A stretch of 64,000 bases of DNA, taken from positions 7,544,778 through 7,608,777 of the forward strand of contig NC_134030.1 in assembly GCF_964204645.1 (NCBI RefSeq). The letters are read 5' to 3'. Below, piece after piece: positions 1-9,997 of this stretch. Under the pieces are notes generated by a model. That model saw nothing but the letters and a program-made list of their open reading frames with translations. It was not told the DNA's origin and did not search any database. Every line of letters begins with the position of its first letter. The first letter of the stretch is position 1. This stretch comes from Tubulanus polymorphus (taxonomy: Eukaryota; Animalia; Nemertea). Made by a program: the position numbers and the translations under genes.

Positions 1-68
1 AATAAGTCATTATAGTTAATGCATTATAGGGTTTTTTGCCAACATAGAAGTGTCTACTGAAGACATAC

Positions 69-187
69 CTGAGATATTTTTTGCGAACGCGTTTCTCCAA
101 ACCGAGCTCTTGAAGTTGCGGAGGTGGACGGCGAAAGCGTAGCGGTTCGTCGTTAGGAGTCGTTTGTCCGAGTTGACTGAATATCGA
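69..187 (-). CDS. NFRKB: NFRKB coding exon 6, SIFSQLGQTTPNDEPLRFRRPPPQLQELGLEKRVRKKYL; the gene continues past the left edge
   Basis: CTTTTCTATCCAG acceptor, CAG|GTATGT donor, 119 nt, open in phase 0 after exon 5. Confidence 0.85.
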
Positions 188-489
188 CTGGATAGAAAAG
201 AAGGTATTTCTCAAACAGTTTTCATAACACTGAACCGAATGATAATAATCTATGAACAACATAAGAGTTCAAATGCAAGAACATTTTTCATTTAACCACA
301 TACATCATTAGTAGGTCGCAACCATAGTGGATTTCAAAACATTTCTATACTACATTTCCACTGTTTCCAGTTCAACTAGATTCTTGACTTAAACAGTTAA
401 CTTTCTAAGCTTGAAATTCTTAAAACCAAGACTTATATGACATTAACTAACCGACCATGGTTGGTTGCCTAACAGTTCATGAGACATAT

Positions 490-909
490 GGGGCCCTGCA
501 TAAAGTACGTACGCTTGACTTCCGGGTATTTTTAACCCCCCCTCCCCCTTGTACGCTCATTGTACGTTTTTTTATAACCCCCCCCTTGCGTACATACTTT
601 TAGGGGTAACCCCCCCCCAGCAAAACAGAATTTTCAGGAATAATGGTTTAAAGAAGGCAAAATCTACCCTGATTCAACAGAGTTCCTGCTGACGTTGATC
701 AACGATCTTCCATGGCGACGGCAAACGGGGATATTTGTGAAATTCACATTATGTTTCGTGCACAAAGTACGTACTATTAATATTAACCCTCCCCCCTTGG
801 AAAGTATGTACGTTTTTAGCTGACCCCTCCCCTCCCCCTGTATGCTTTTGTACGGATTTTAAGTACCCCCCACCCCCCCTACGGACGTACGTACTTTAGG
901 CACGGCCCC
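490..909. mobile_element. Non-autonomous DNA transposon (MITE, PIF/Harbinger-like) in an NFRKB intron
   Basis: 24-bp TIR GGGGCC(C/G)TGC(A/C)TAAAGTACGTACG with 2 mismatches, 3-bp TAT on both flanks, and internal C-tract/GTACG subrepeats. Confidence 0.85.
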
Positions 910-1070
910 TATCACAAATCTGTTAGGCAATGCTGACCATGGCGTTTATTAAGATGATTAATGATTACCATATGATTTGTATTAGATGGTCTTTTGGTTT
1001 GCTAATCTAAGAGAGCCCATCTAAACACCCATCGCTCGACAAACAATTCCAACTGATTATAAATTCCTAC

Positions 1071-1198
1071 CTGTCTGCACACGAGTATTTCTTTCAATAA
1101 CTTAGTGTAATAGCGCTGTTGTTGATAGTGATATTCTCGGAGTTTAGCTTTCTTGCACAATACGGAATATTTCGCGATATCCGGAGAATACATGCCAC
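1071..1198 (-). CDS. NFRKB: NFRKB coding exon 5, GMYSPDIAKYSVLCKKAKLREYHYQQQRYYTKLLKEILVCRQ
   Basis: TTATAG acceptor, CAG|GTAGGA donor, 128 nt, phase 1/0. Resembles NFRKB G...P.V.KY..LC.K......QQ.Y...LLK.IL..R. Confidence 0.9.
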
Positions 1199-1756
1199 CT
1201 ATAATTACAAAATATCAGCACAAAATAAATGCAATTTCACAAAAACCTTCAACACGGTGACCACTTTTATTTGACTCGCTGTTCTCGCGACCTTTCCCTG
1301 CACATTGTTTTCCTCGACTTGATCTGCTTAGAATACAACCAATTAACACTGTCTCAAATACATAAGGCATAGACTGCGTGATTTTACGCGCAATCCATCA
1401 ATCTCAACAAATGTCCTTGCCCTTTTAGCTATTTTACAAAATTCCTAGACTTTACTAAAAAAAAAGAAGAAATTTCTCCGACTTTTCCGGGTAAGTGGCC
1501 TCCCAGTTAAATATTGCAGCAAAGACAGACTCCCCCTCAAGACCCAGCATTACTTAACAGAAGGAAATACTGCAAAACCGACAGATCATTTGGTACTGAT
1601 AAAATTCCTCGGAATTTTGCAGGAATCCCGATAGCCTGGATTGTTGTATCCAGACTATGGTTAGCCTTAGTATATAAAGGCTATATTTTAAGTTCTGTGA
1701 AAAAAAAAACATTTGGATCTTTTACTTGATTTAAATTCATCTCATATCAAACTCAC

Positions 1757-1824
1757 CACGCAGATTTGCATGCATAGCCTGGACTGGATTTCCGAACTTC
1801 ACATTTTCCCAGTTCAATAACATT
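1757..1824 (-). CDS. NFRKB: NFRKB coding exon 4, (K)MLLNWENVKFGNPVQAMHANLR(G)
   Basis: CCTAG acceptor, G|GTGAGT donor, 68 nt, phase 2/1. EN..FGNP motif of NFRKB DEUBAD. Confidence 0.88.
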
Positions 1825-1935
1825 CTAGGCATGAGTAGAAGAAATTCAAGAAATCAATTCATCAGGAAATATTATTTCAAAGTTTACAGCATTTCGCGTT
1901 TATTTTGGAGAAATATATATCGGAGTAACACTCAC

Positions 1936-1991
1936 TTCACAGTTGTATTTCGTTCCGATTCGTTGTTTTCCGGGAAATCTGGAAGAAATTT
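1936..1991 (-). CDS. NFRKB: NFRKB coding exon 3, KFLPDFPENNESERNTTV
   Basis: TTACAG acceptor, AA|GTGAGT donor, 56 nt, phase 0/2. FLP.FP motif of DEUBAD. Confidence 0.88.
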
Positions 1992-2106
1992 CTGTAATCG
2001 AAAAAGAAATTCTTATTGAATAATAGGATCTATGATCAAAAATCTTTGTAAGGCTTAGTCATTTCCCAAACGAAGAACAGCAATGAGTTAAGCCTGTATA
2101 TCTTAC

Positions 2107-2184
2107 TTCTAGGTGACGTCTCTGTTCAGCTGTAAGTACCGTGTCCCAAGTTTTCTTGCTAAGAACCTCCTTAAAAACATTATC
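2107..2184 (-). CDS. NFRKB: NFRKB coding exon 2, DNVFKEVLSKKTWDTVLTAEQRRHLE (start of DEUBAD domain)
   Basis: TTTCAG acceptor, GAA|GTAAGA donor, 78 nt, phase 0/0. Matches the DEUBAD pattern S..TW..VL...QR.HL. Confidence 0.9.
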
Positions 2185-2601
2185 CTGAAATAAAGACACA
2201 AGTGATTAAAGAAAAGCACAAACTTGAAGCAGGATTGATAAAACTGAATGGAGCGGGGATGGGGTCCTGTTACACATGCAAAAAGGAATAATGCTTTCAT
2301 GGATGTGGACCACACGATGGCTGCTGCGGAAGCAAGGCTTTCAATCCCCCAAAAAATTTAAGCTCAATTTTGGTGTAATCTTCTATTTCTGGTAGGGGCA
2401 GCAGTAAGGGGCTGGCTGATTTTCAGAGGTTTGGATGAAAAAATGAAAGGGATGGCTGCCAAAGGGATGGCCGCCCCTCTCAAACCTGTTGTGGAGATTA
2501 CTGGTTTTCGGATGTGAAATAAGTCCTTCAAAATTGGCCTCTGGATCCGCCCCAGCACCGTTTAAGACAAACTTAAAATAGCAAAAAGATTTTTTTCTTA
2601 C

Positions 2602-2691
2602 GTATTCAAGGAGTGCTTGTGGCAATTCTACAATTTCATTGCCAAGTAGACATTTCTCCTTCTCGCTGTCAGAGAGACAAACCTCCATCAT
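2602..2691 (-). CDS. NFRKB: NFRKB (INO80 subunit G) coding exon 1, MMEVCLSDSEKEKCLLGNEIVELPQALLEY
   Basis: ATG at 2691, donor TAC|GTAAGA. The peptide resembles the vertebrate NFRKB N-terminus as I recall it (CLLGGTRVSLPEDLLE). All six exons splice in frame. Confidence 0.9.
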
Positions 2692-2865
2692 CTACTAAAA
2701 AACGGATTATTTGGAATATTCAACATAGAGTTCTATTCGATAAGACAAAACGAGAAAAACACAAATAACACACAAATAGATTCAATAAAATATTGTGAAT
2801 TTTGATTGATTGCCGAATCGACTTATTTTACAGAATTTCAAACGGTAAATGGTCAAAGTTCTTAC

Positions 2866-2930
2866 CTGTAACTGATTTCAATCTATCTGTTCTGCTATTA
2901 TCAATCGTGAAAACGATATAATAAATAGAT
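2866..2930 (-). other. NFRKB: Probable non-coding 5' exon of NFRKB (5' boundary unknown)
   Basis: Strong donor CAG|GTAAGA at 2866/2865, and an acceptor TTTTTAGTAG immediately before the ATG at 2691. Confidence 0.5.
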
Positions 2931-3319
2931 GTAGATAGTTTAACAGTTTTTTTCTGTTTTTGGTTCCCATAAATATGAATGTGCGGTATACAACGCGTAT
3001 TAGATATCGGACTGTAAACCACCGGGCTCGGAACCGGACTCAGACTCGCGTGCCACAGTAAGAATTAATTTCTAGTTTAGGCCTATTTACAATCAAATAA
3101 ATAACCATTCCAAAAATAAATTAAACTCACTGAAAAATGGCTGATGTGATAGAATGCTTTACTAAGGGGATCCGTTATAAATGGAGTATACGTATTGAAT
3201 ATATATTACGCAAAATAGATCAGAATCAGTCTACCTAGTGTACGCATATCGTTAATTTGGTTAAATGACCACAGCTATGTGCGTAGATCTAACTTAATGA
3301 ATAGTCTCCTATTACATGA

Positions 3320-3465
3320 CTGACACCTTGACGAGCGGTGTACGGTCTCAGCGAGGAGTCCATGACTCCACGAGGAGAGAGCTTTCCATTGCTGTGCCGG
3401 GGTCTCCTGGCCAGGTTCAACCATACCAGACAAGTCTAGGGGTTGAGGCCAGACGAAGATCAGTC
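3320..3465 (+). mobile_element. Putative 5' fragment of an RTE-clade LINE
   Basis: GC-rich island whose layout (ACACCTTGACG...GCTGTGCCGGGG...GGTTCAACCATACCAGACAAGTCTAGGGGTTGAGGCCAGACGAAGA) resembles the RTE/BovB/Expander 5' leader as I recall it; not aligned. Confidence 0.4.
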
Positions 3466-5219
3466 GTTTCCAAATTTCTCAATCTGCCACAATTACGTGT
3501 CCATTTTTTTCTACATGTATTTCGTAGTATCTCAACCTACTGGCATTGTGTTATCGGTAGGAAGATATGATTGTTGTCCAAGAATATTACACAAGTACAT
3601 TATAAATACACTATAGTTGATATGATAGAATGCTTGATATACTTTGTGAGATATATACATTCTTTGATGAATTGTCGTCAAGCGTCGTTTGATTTTCAAA
3701 GGCCTGATTTTTTCGGTTTTTTTATTAAGAGATAGTAATATTACGTTGGAATATACAATTTGTTGGAAATTATTGTAATAAGTATGACTATAGAATGTTG
3801 ACGTTGTTGTTGCAACATTTTCACGATTAAATCATGTAAAGTTTTTTGGTAATCCCAAGTTATTTGTTAGTATTAAGCATGATTTAAACCTCTATTTATG
3901 ATAATGAAACACGAGTTTTACTGGTTTCATTGAGTCTGGGGTTATATCCATGCTTAAGATTAAGTATAAAGGTGTTCCAATAAATAAAGTGTGTTCTTAA
4001 TATAGTTCTTTGTTTTGAATCGGTTCCAAACAGGACCGCATTTAGGAGAAATAATGGATACGTATCCGGGATACGCATTAAGTGCCCTTTTCTCAAATAT
4101 TTTATTCCTATATGCTATACGGAACTGTCCTTTTTCTGGGTTCTCTGCTCCCTCTCCCTTGCCACCTCTAAAACAAGAATGCTAGACTGAGGTACGGCCC
4201 TGGGTGATACTTCTCCGCAGTCGGATGCTTTTAGCTGCCGGGTTATGATTAAGTCTGATCATTATTTTTTTTTAAAGTAATGTCGGTCGAATCTGTGAAC
4301 TAACTTTTCCCGCGTGCCACAGTAAGAATATTGAGCCGTCGAGTTAGTTCATATATTCGCTGTCAATAGAATATATAGCGGCAGCACCTGATAGTCAAAT
4401 GAATCTTGACGCAGTTGTCGGCGTTCCGGACTCTTAACTGCCTATACGCCCTAATGAATGTAACCCACCCTGGCATATAACTCCTAAACATTCTATCATT
4501 GCGGTATAACAACGTGCAATCATAAAGGTCTGGCTTATGTCGACAAGCGACGCGACGCCTACCGACTCCTACCCGGATGCCTGAGACTCAAACCGGCGAT
4601 CCTCGCAGCCGGCCGCTTTGACCTTGGAGACTCCAAGCTTTGACTGTCCTCCGATTCCCAGTAACCTACGGGCAATCATCTCAATGCGATGATATTGAGA
4701 TGATCGCTCGTAGCAGCAACTGAGCTCGACTAGCGGGATACGAGATCCGCCCAGTTGCTCCCCTGCTTATGTTGGTTACGATTACAGGCAACTGCACCGG
4801 CTCAGATGGTCACGTGATAAGCGTTTTGAGAATACATTTAAATTGTTTGGAATTATTGGGAAATGCATTTCCAGTTGAAAAGCAATTTCTTTTCATTTTT
4901 GTCCAGATACTTAGCCAAATTGTATTCAGCAGTGCCGATCATCGAAACTACAGGTCTGAAAGGAAAGTTATCTTTATAAACTTTACATAAACTTAAGGCT
5001 TAAGCAATTTGCCAACATTAAGTTTCATTTTATGATGCATTTTTGATGCATTTTTTACATAAACTTAAGACTTCAGCAATTGGCAAACATCTGTCAAATT
5101 GCCATGACTGTCAGGTCTCGTTTAGTGAAAAGAATTTCAAATCTTCTGATTCAGATTGCAAAATTGGAGAAGCACTTTTTATCAAAACTCAACACGTATT
5201 TCGTTCTGTCTAGTTTTAA

Positions 5220-6183
5220 ATCAGATGTAACCACGTATTACATTTTACGTCTGCTGACCAAAGCGATAACATGTTGCTGTTGGGTTTTGCTGTTGCGAAG
5301 TCTGGAAGATTTATCGACGGACTGCTTGAGTTTGGTGAACACGTTTATTATCTTGACAGGAGTGATTTTATTGGTCCAATTCTCAAACGCCATGCAGGTA
5401 TGGTGCAATAAATTTTCAAAATGATCAGAAATCAACTAACGATGCTGATAAGTTTAGAGCGATTAACAGTCGTGTTCTTTCCATTAAAGTCTAACATCAT
5501 TTGCACTAAAACAGCGTGTAACGTGTGTTTAATGTTTATAGTTATTCTGACTCTTACCACCCAAGGCTGGCAGTATTTCACGAGAGATATTAAACTAATG
5601 AATGCTTTTTGTCCATTTAGACGAAACCTGCTGGTCGTAGTTTTTTTTTATAATCCAATTTATTAACATCAAACTGATATACGATACAAAAGAAAGACAC
5701 CTGTCACACGGGAATAACCCATTATGGACAGGTTGTGGTGGCTCGTCGTAGTGCGCCCCCTCCTCGAATTAGAAAAAAGCAATGAGCCTGATACACTTAT
5801 TAGGCATACTTGTGCCATTCTTTGGTATAGCTCTTGCAAATATAATTCTAGTGTTTTTCTCTGAATAAAGCGTCTAAAAGACGCTCGGAAATGAGCACTC
5901 AAAAATGAATGATAATCAAGCTATAGTACTAGCGGTTTCGGTAATAACAACTTTCGCTTTATTCGAAATGCCAATAGCCGGTCACAAGTTGCTTAATAGA
6001 TTTTTTTTCTATTTCAAAGGTTTTATCCCAAATCTTAATTTCTACTATGCGGCAGCTCTGTTTGTTCAGCTTGATTCCTCTGTTAATTTTGTTGTTTATT
6101 GTTTGTCAAATGGGCAAAAGACCCGTGGAAACAACGGATGTTATTCAAACTTACTTCAAACTTACTTGAGACTCCCTTTCTAA
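5220..6183 (+). pseudogene. Frameshifted rhodopsin-like (class A) GPCR, FMRFamide/peptide-receptor-like
   Basis: Fragments in different frames: TM3 LISLERLTVVFFPLKS, TM4, TM5 LLGILVPFFGIALANIILV then a stop, TM6 VITTFALFEMP, TM7 LDSSVNFVVYCL. Disruptions near 5421, 5640-5670 and 5865-5905. Confidence 0.75.
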
Positions 6184-6297
6184 AAAAGGAGATTCATCTT
6201 TGATAAAGTTTTACTCTTGATAGATATCTGAACGAACATGTTACTAGAATGAAAATAGATTAAAAATGGATTCATAACTAGCGTGCCACAGTAGGGA

Positions 6298-6815
6298 CGT
6301 CAGATCTAAGCTGTTACGTGCTGCCCCATTACATATCATTGGCGGTGACATCCTCCCTCTGCAGGGAATCGAACCTGATGGCATCGCTACACTCAGCCAC
6401 GGCACGAACCCCTGCATCAGTAGACCGGGTGCGCAGGTACATGCGCAGCTTTCCGAACGAAAACTGGCGGCACCAATCAGATTGCTCGTTGTATAATCGT
6501 TGAGGCAAATTTCAAGGAAGAACTATAAATGGGAAAACCCGGGCTAAAATAAAACGGGATTTCTGATTGGCTAAAAATCACATCATCTGAACTGCGCATG
6601 TATCTGCGCACACGGTCGATTATGGCAGGGTTTCGTGCCGTGGCAATCTCGATGCCATCAGGTTCGAATCCCTGCCGGGGGAGGATGTGGCGGTGATTAT
6701 GTGAACTAACTTATTACTCGCATGCCACAGTTAGTAATTCTTGCTATTGGATTAGTTCGCATATTTACCGTTAATGTTATATATAGGGGCAGCACTTGAT
6801 GGTCATGATCTGACA
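6298..6815. mobile_element. Foldback/MITE-like element with long imperfect inverted arms
   Basis: 6342-6448 is an imperfect reverse complement of about 6591-6695, and the outer arms also match (GTCAGATC..GTGCTGCCCC / GGGGCAGCAC..GATCTGAC). Related copies lie at 4293-4412 and 41220-41370. Confidence 0.75.
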
Positions 6816-7193
6816 CCATCTGATTGCAGGCCGGGTCCACTGATGCAATTCTTTAAAAATCTTTCTTGTCATTTTCTACATCAACTAGACGTGAATCAAA
6901 TGATTACTCTAACCAATTATGACCAACCCCTCCCGGGTCAGGAGTGATGCGTACTAAAAACTTTCTAGCACAGTATCAAAAGATTGCTTTAGTCCATGCA
7001 AGAGCCATTAGAAGTGGGGGTCAAGAAGAACACACATTTTAAAGCAAATAGTTTTATTTCCAATGGTGACAATTCGTTTTGCTTGGGACAGTATACTATT
7101 TTCAAAATAACTTATTTCTCGCGTACCATATAATAATTGCTAATATTATCGTTGCCATTGGTAAAGCATCTTTTCTGATAGATAATTTTGAAT

Positions 7194-8777
7194 CTAAGAT
7201 GTTTTTTGTTTTGCTGGTTTTCCACTGAATATACAACGACAGATGCAAGTTATCAAAGCATAGATAACAATAACAGAAAATACAATAGCAACGAAAGCAA
7301 TAGCTATAAGGTCTAAAAACAGAAATTCAAAGATAGACATCTTGTTCGCCGGTGTTTGCAAATGTTCGCTGCCATATTCGATGACGTGTTCGACCCATCG
7401 AGCAGCTTTATCCCGTGGCGGTTCCTCCATACGGAACAACTTACTCATTCGTAGCACGTTTGCTTTGTACGTCTGGACTTCGATCACCCGTCGGATTTTC
7501 GTCACGAGATCATCGACATCGAACTCGATCACATTCATGCATTCGGCGAAACCTTTTACTTTCGCTCGGAAACAATTGTAATGTTGGTCGGCGTGCATCG
7601 GAAAACCAATCATAGGTACGGCATTATACAATGCTTCGGCCTGTCCATTAGTCCCGCAGTGCGTTAGAAAAAGTTTTGTATTTGGATGCGCTAGGAGGTC
7701 ACTTTGCGGCAACCAGTTCAACAGTTTGACATTTTTTGGCACAACGAACTTCTTCTTTTGAGAATCGTTGAGGCTAAGTCGCCAGACTACTTGTTGCGGT
7801 ATCTGACCCAGAGCTGTAAAGAATTTCTCCAATGCGTAATCGGGCAGAGAACTGAATAGAGATCCGAATGAAAAAACAATAGCTCCTTGCTTCGAATTGT
7901 CCATCAACGATTGTAGGTCGTTTGAAAGTAATTTCGGAGGTCGGGATGCCAAACCTCCAACGTAAATTACATTTGGCATTGACATACGTGCGCAGTCCAT
8001 GTATGGACTCTGGTTTTGCAACCAGATTGCTGATTTCATTGCTATATCTCTAAGCGAGTTAATCTCCGTGTGTCCTTTTCTGTGAAGGAAATCGATGAAC
8101 TTCTCCTCTTCGACGAAAAACTCGGGCAATGAATGCAGAATAGCTGACCATTTCAGTATTTCGAACCTGGTTTGAATATTGTTGCCTTCGTGTAGAAGCA
8201 TACACGGCAATACCGAACTGTAAGGATGCATTCGTAGCATGTACGTGTAAAGTTGAGTGCTTAAACCTGCGAACGGAATCCCGAGCCTGAACGGAATGAT
8301 GTGATATGCGAAGAACAGACTGTCACAGACGGCGAAATCGAATTTCATCGCTTTCAACTTGGCAAACAGCTTTTCATCGGTTACAGCGCTGTACGAATCG
8401 TAGTGAAGTTTCGGTTTGAACGCGCTCTGGGCCATCTCAGCTTCGTTTTTCTGCGCAAAAATTCCGGATCGAATTTCTTCTTCCATGACATCCGGCTGAG
8501 CCATCGTCGCATTTGGCGAGTAATAGTGTACATACTTAAGTTCTGCGAGGTATTTCAACTGAGGTGGTTGTTTGTAATGCGTGTCCGTAAGGATGTACAC
8601 TTCGTGGCCTCGTTTAATTAAACCATCTGCCACGGCTGCATGCTCAGCTAGGTGACCGCCAACAGTCATCGGCATCATTAGGACACGCGCACCATTTACA
8701 GCAACATTGCTTAGCGACAACAACAACAACAACAACGACAACGACAACGACAACACGGCAAACATCGAAATCCTCAT
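7194..8777 (-). CDS. UDP-glucuronosyltransferase (GT1 family), single coding exon, about 527 aa
   Basis: Signal peptide, catalytic His (GGHL), UGT signature WLPQSDLLAHPNTKLFLTHCGTNGQAEALYNAVPMIGFPMHADQ, C-terminal TM helix and KxKxx ER-retrieval end (KQKTS). The track start at 8879 is GTG; in-frame ATGs are at 8789 and 8777, the latter directly after a TTTTCAG acceptor. Confidence 0.95.
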   Translation of the reverse strand: MRISMFAVLSLSLSLLLLLLSLSNVAVNGARVLMMPMTVGGHLAEHAAVADGLIKRGHEVYILTDTHYKQPPQLKYLAELKYVHYYSPNATMAQPDVMEEEIRSGIFAQKNEAEMAQSAFKPKLHYDSYSAVTDEKLFAKLKAMKFDFAVCDSLFFAYHIIPFRLGIPFAGLSTQLYTYMLRMHPYSSVLPCMLLHEGNNIQTRFEILKWSAILHSLPEFFVEEEKFIDFLHRKGHTEINSLRDIAMKSAIWLQNQSPYMDCARMSMPNVIYVGGLASRPPKLLSNDLQSLMDNSKQGAIVFSFGSLFSSLPDYALEKFFTALGQIPQQVVWRLSLNDSQKKKFVVPKNVKLLNWLPQSDLLAHPNTKLFLTHCGTNGQAEALYNAVPMIGFPMHADQHYNCFRAKVKGFAECMNVIEFDVDDLVTKIRRVIEVQTYKANVLRMSKLFRMEEPPRDKAARWVEHVIEYGSEHLQTPANKMSIFEFLFLDLIAIAFVAIVFSVIVIYALITCICRCIFSGKPAKQKTS

Positions 8778-9164
8778 CTGAAAATTCATGAATATTCCCC
8801 TTATTAAATTCTGTGTTATTTCGTCAAGATATGAACTAAACTGAACTGAAATGCCCTTAAGTATTGTCGTAGTAGACACGACCGAATGAACGCACTGGAC
8901 TCCAGTTTGGAGAATTAATTATGCCTTTGTCCCTTAAACCATTCATTATCTGGGCAGAGATATGTAGGGCTACTGTAAATCTAAGATTTCACAGATTTAC
9001 TTTAAAGCCTTTCAATAAAACTGTAGAGCTTAATTAAATGCAGATTTACTCACACGGAGCAAGCAATAGCAAACTGTTTGTACATCTACCAGAATATCTT
9101 ACAAAAAAAGACAATTTAGACATCTTGAGCGATGTGTAGCTGGTGAAAATTATTCTCAACTTAC
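8778..9164 (-). other. Probable 5'UTR intron of the UGT gene
   Basis: Consensus donor AAG|GTAAGT at 9165/9164 and acceptor TTTTCAG|ATG at 8778/8777. Confidence 0.55.
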
Positions 9165-9991
9165 CTTGCAGCCCTAGTTCACTCTGTACACTATTTGCAT
9201 GGAATAAATCCACACTAATAATATAGCATTCAATTCATCGACTATTCTCTAGTCTTAGAAACGACTATTATCGTAGAAACCACAGGTGTCAAAGGTGTTT
9301 TGCCAATACCATCCATATGTAGTAGAGCATGTATAACAATCGACAGATAGTTAAGTTATTATTAGATTTAATTGGGAAATAGTTGTAGATACTAGATTTT
9401 CCACTATACATAGTCTAATCGTTTGTAATGCCTGCCAATGATCAGGATGTATGCCCGACACAATTTACATTGATAAAGTCTTGCCATTCTTCAAATGCCA
9501 GGTCTTAGTCCTATAAGTGGCATAAAGAATTATTGTATGGATTGTACCAACCTGAAATACATATCTCAAAAAACATATCTTGCTTGGAAAACACAATGTC
9601 CTCAGTTTCCTTGGGATCCATTTTTAATCAATAAATAAACGCTATGTAAAAGAGGATTCGAAAATTGGTTCTATGTGCTTTTGGAGGTTACCAAATGTTA
9701 ACTTGCAGTGGCGTTGTAGTGGAGCGACTGCAGCCGCATAAGCCGTGGCAATTATCTACTGTTTGACGTTTTTCTCTTTGAATACTATGTTTTTGACAAA
9801 ATATCATAATCTGTCAAAAATCAGCAATTGGTCATGGCATTCAAAAATTGCTTGCAACACGCCTGACTTGGGTAGTAGGTACACAGGACTATAAACAAAT
9901 TGTGGCAGCCAATCAAGCTGCTGCAGAACTCTATCAAAAAACAACACAAATACATTAAGAGAATCTTAGATTTTAAGCATCAGTTTCATCA

Positions 9992-9997
9992 TTTATT
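9992..9997 (-). promoter_or_regulatory. Candidate PHLDB polyadenylation signal AATAAA (a second lies near 10050), implying a 3'UTR of about 2 kb
   Basis: TTTATT on the plus strand downstream of the PHLDB stop; motif only. Confidence 0.35.

Noticed and set aside
4590-4650. HDV-like ribozyme around TCCTCGCA
   Set aside because: The L3-like loop is present, but the P3 register, P1 partner and P1.1 GG do not fit.
6655-6690. tRNA gene suggested by GGTTCGAATCCC (also at about 41343)
   Set aside because: No cloverleaf or A box is evident; the motif is part of a dispersed inverted-repeat element.
8790-8879. N-terminal 30-aa extension of the UGT ORF in the track
   Set aside because: It starts at GTG, precedes the signal peptide and lies within the probable 5'UTR intron.
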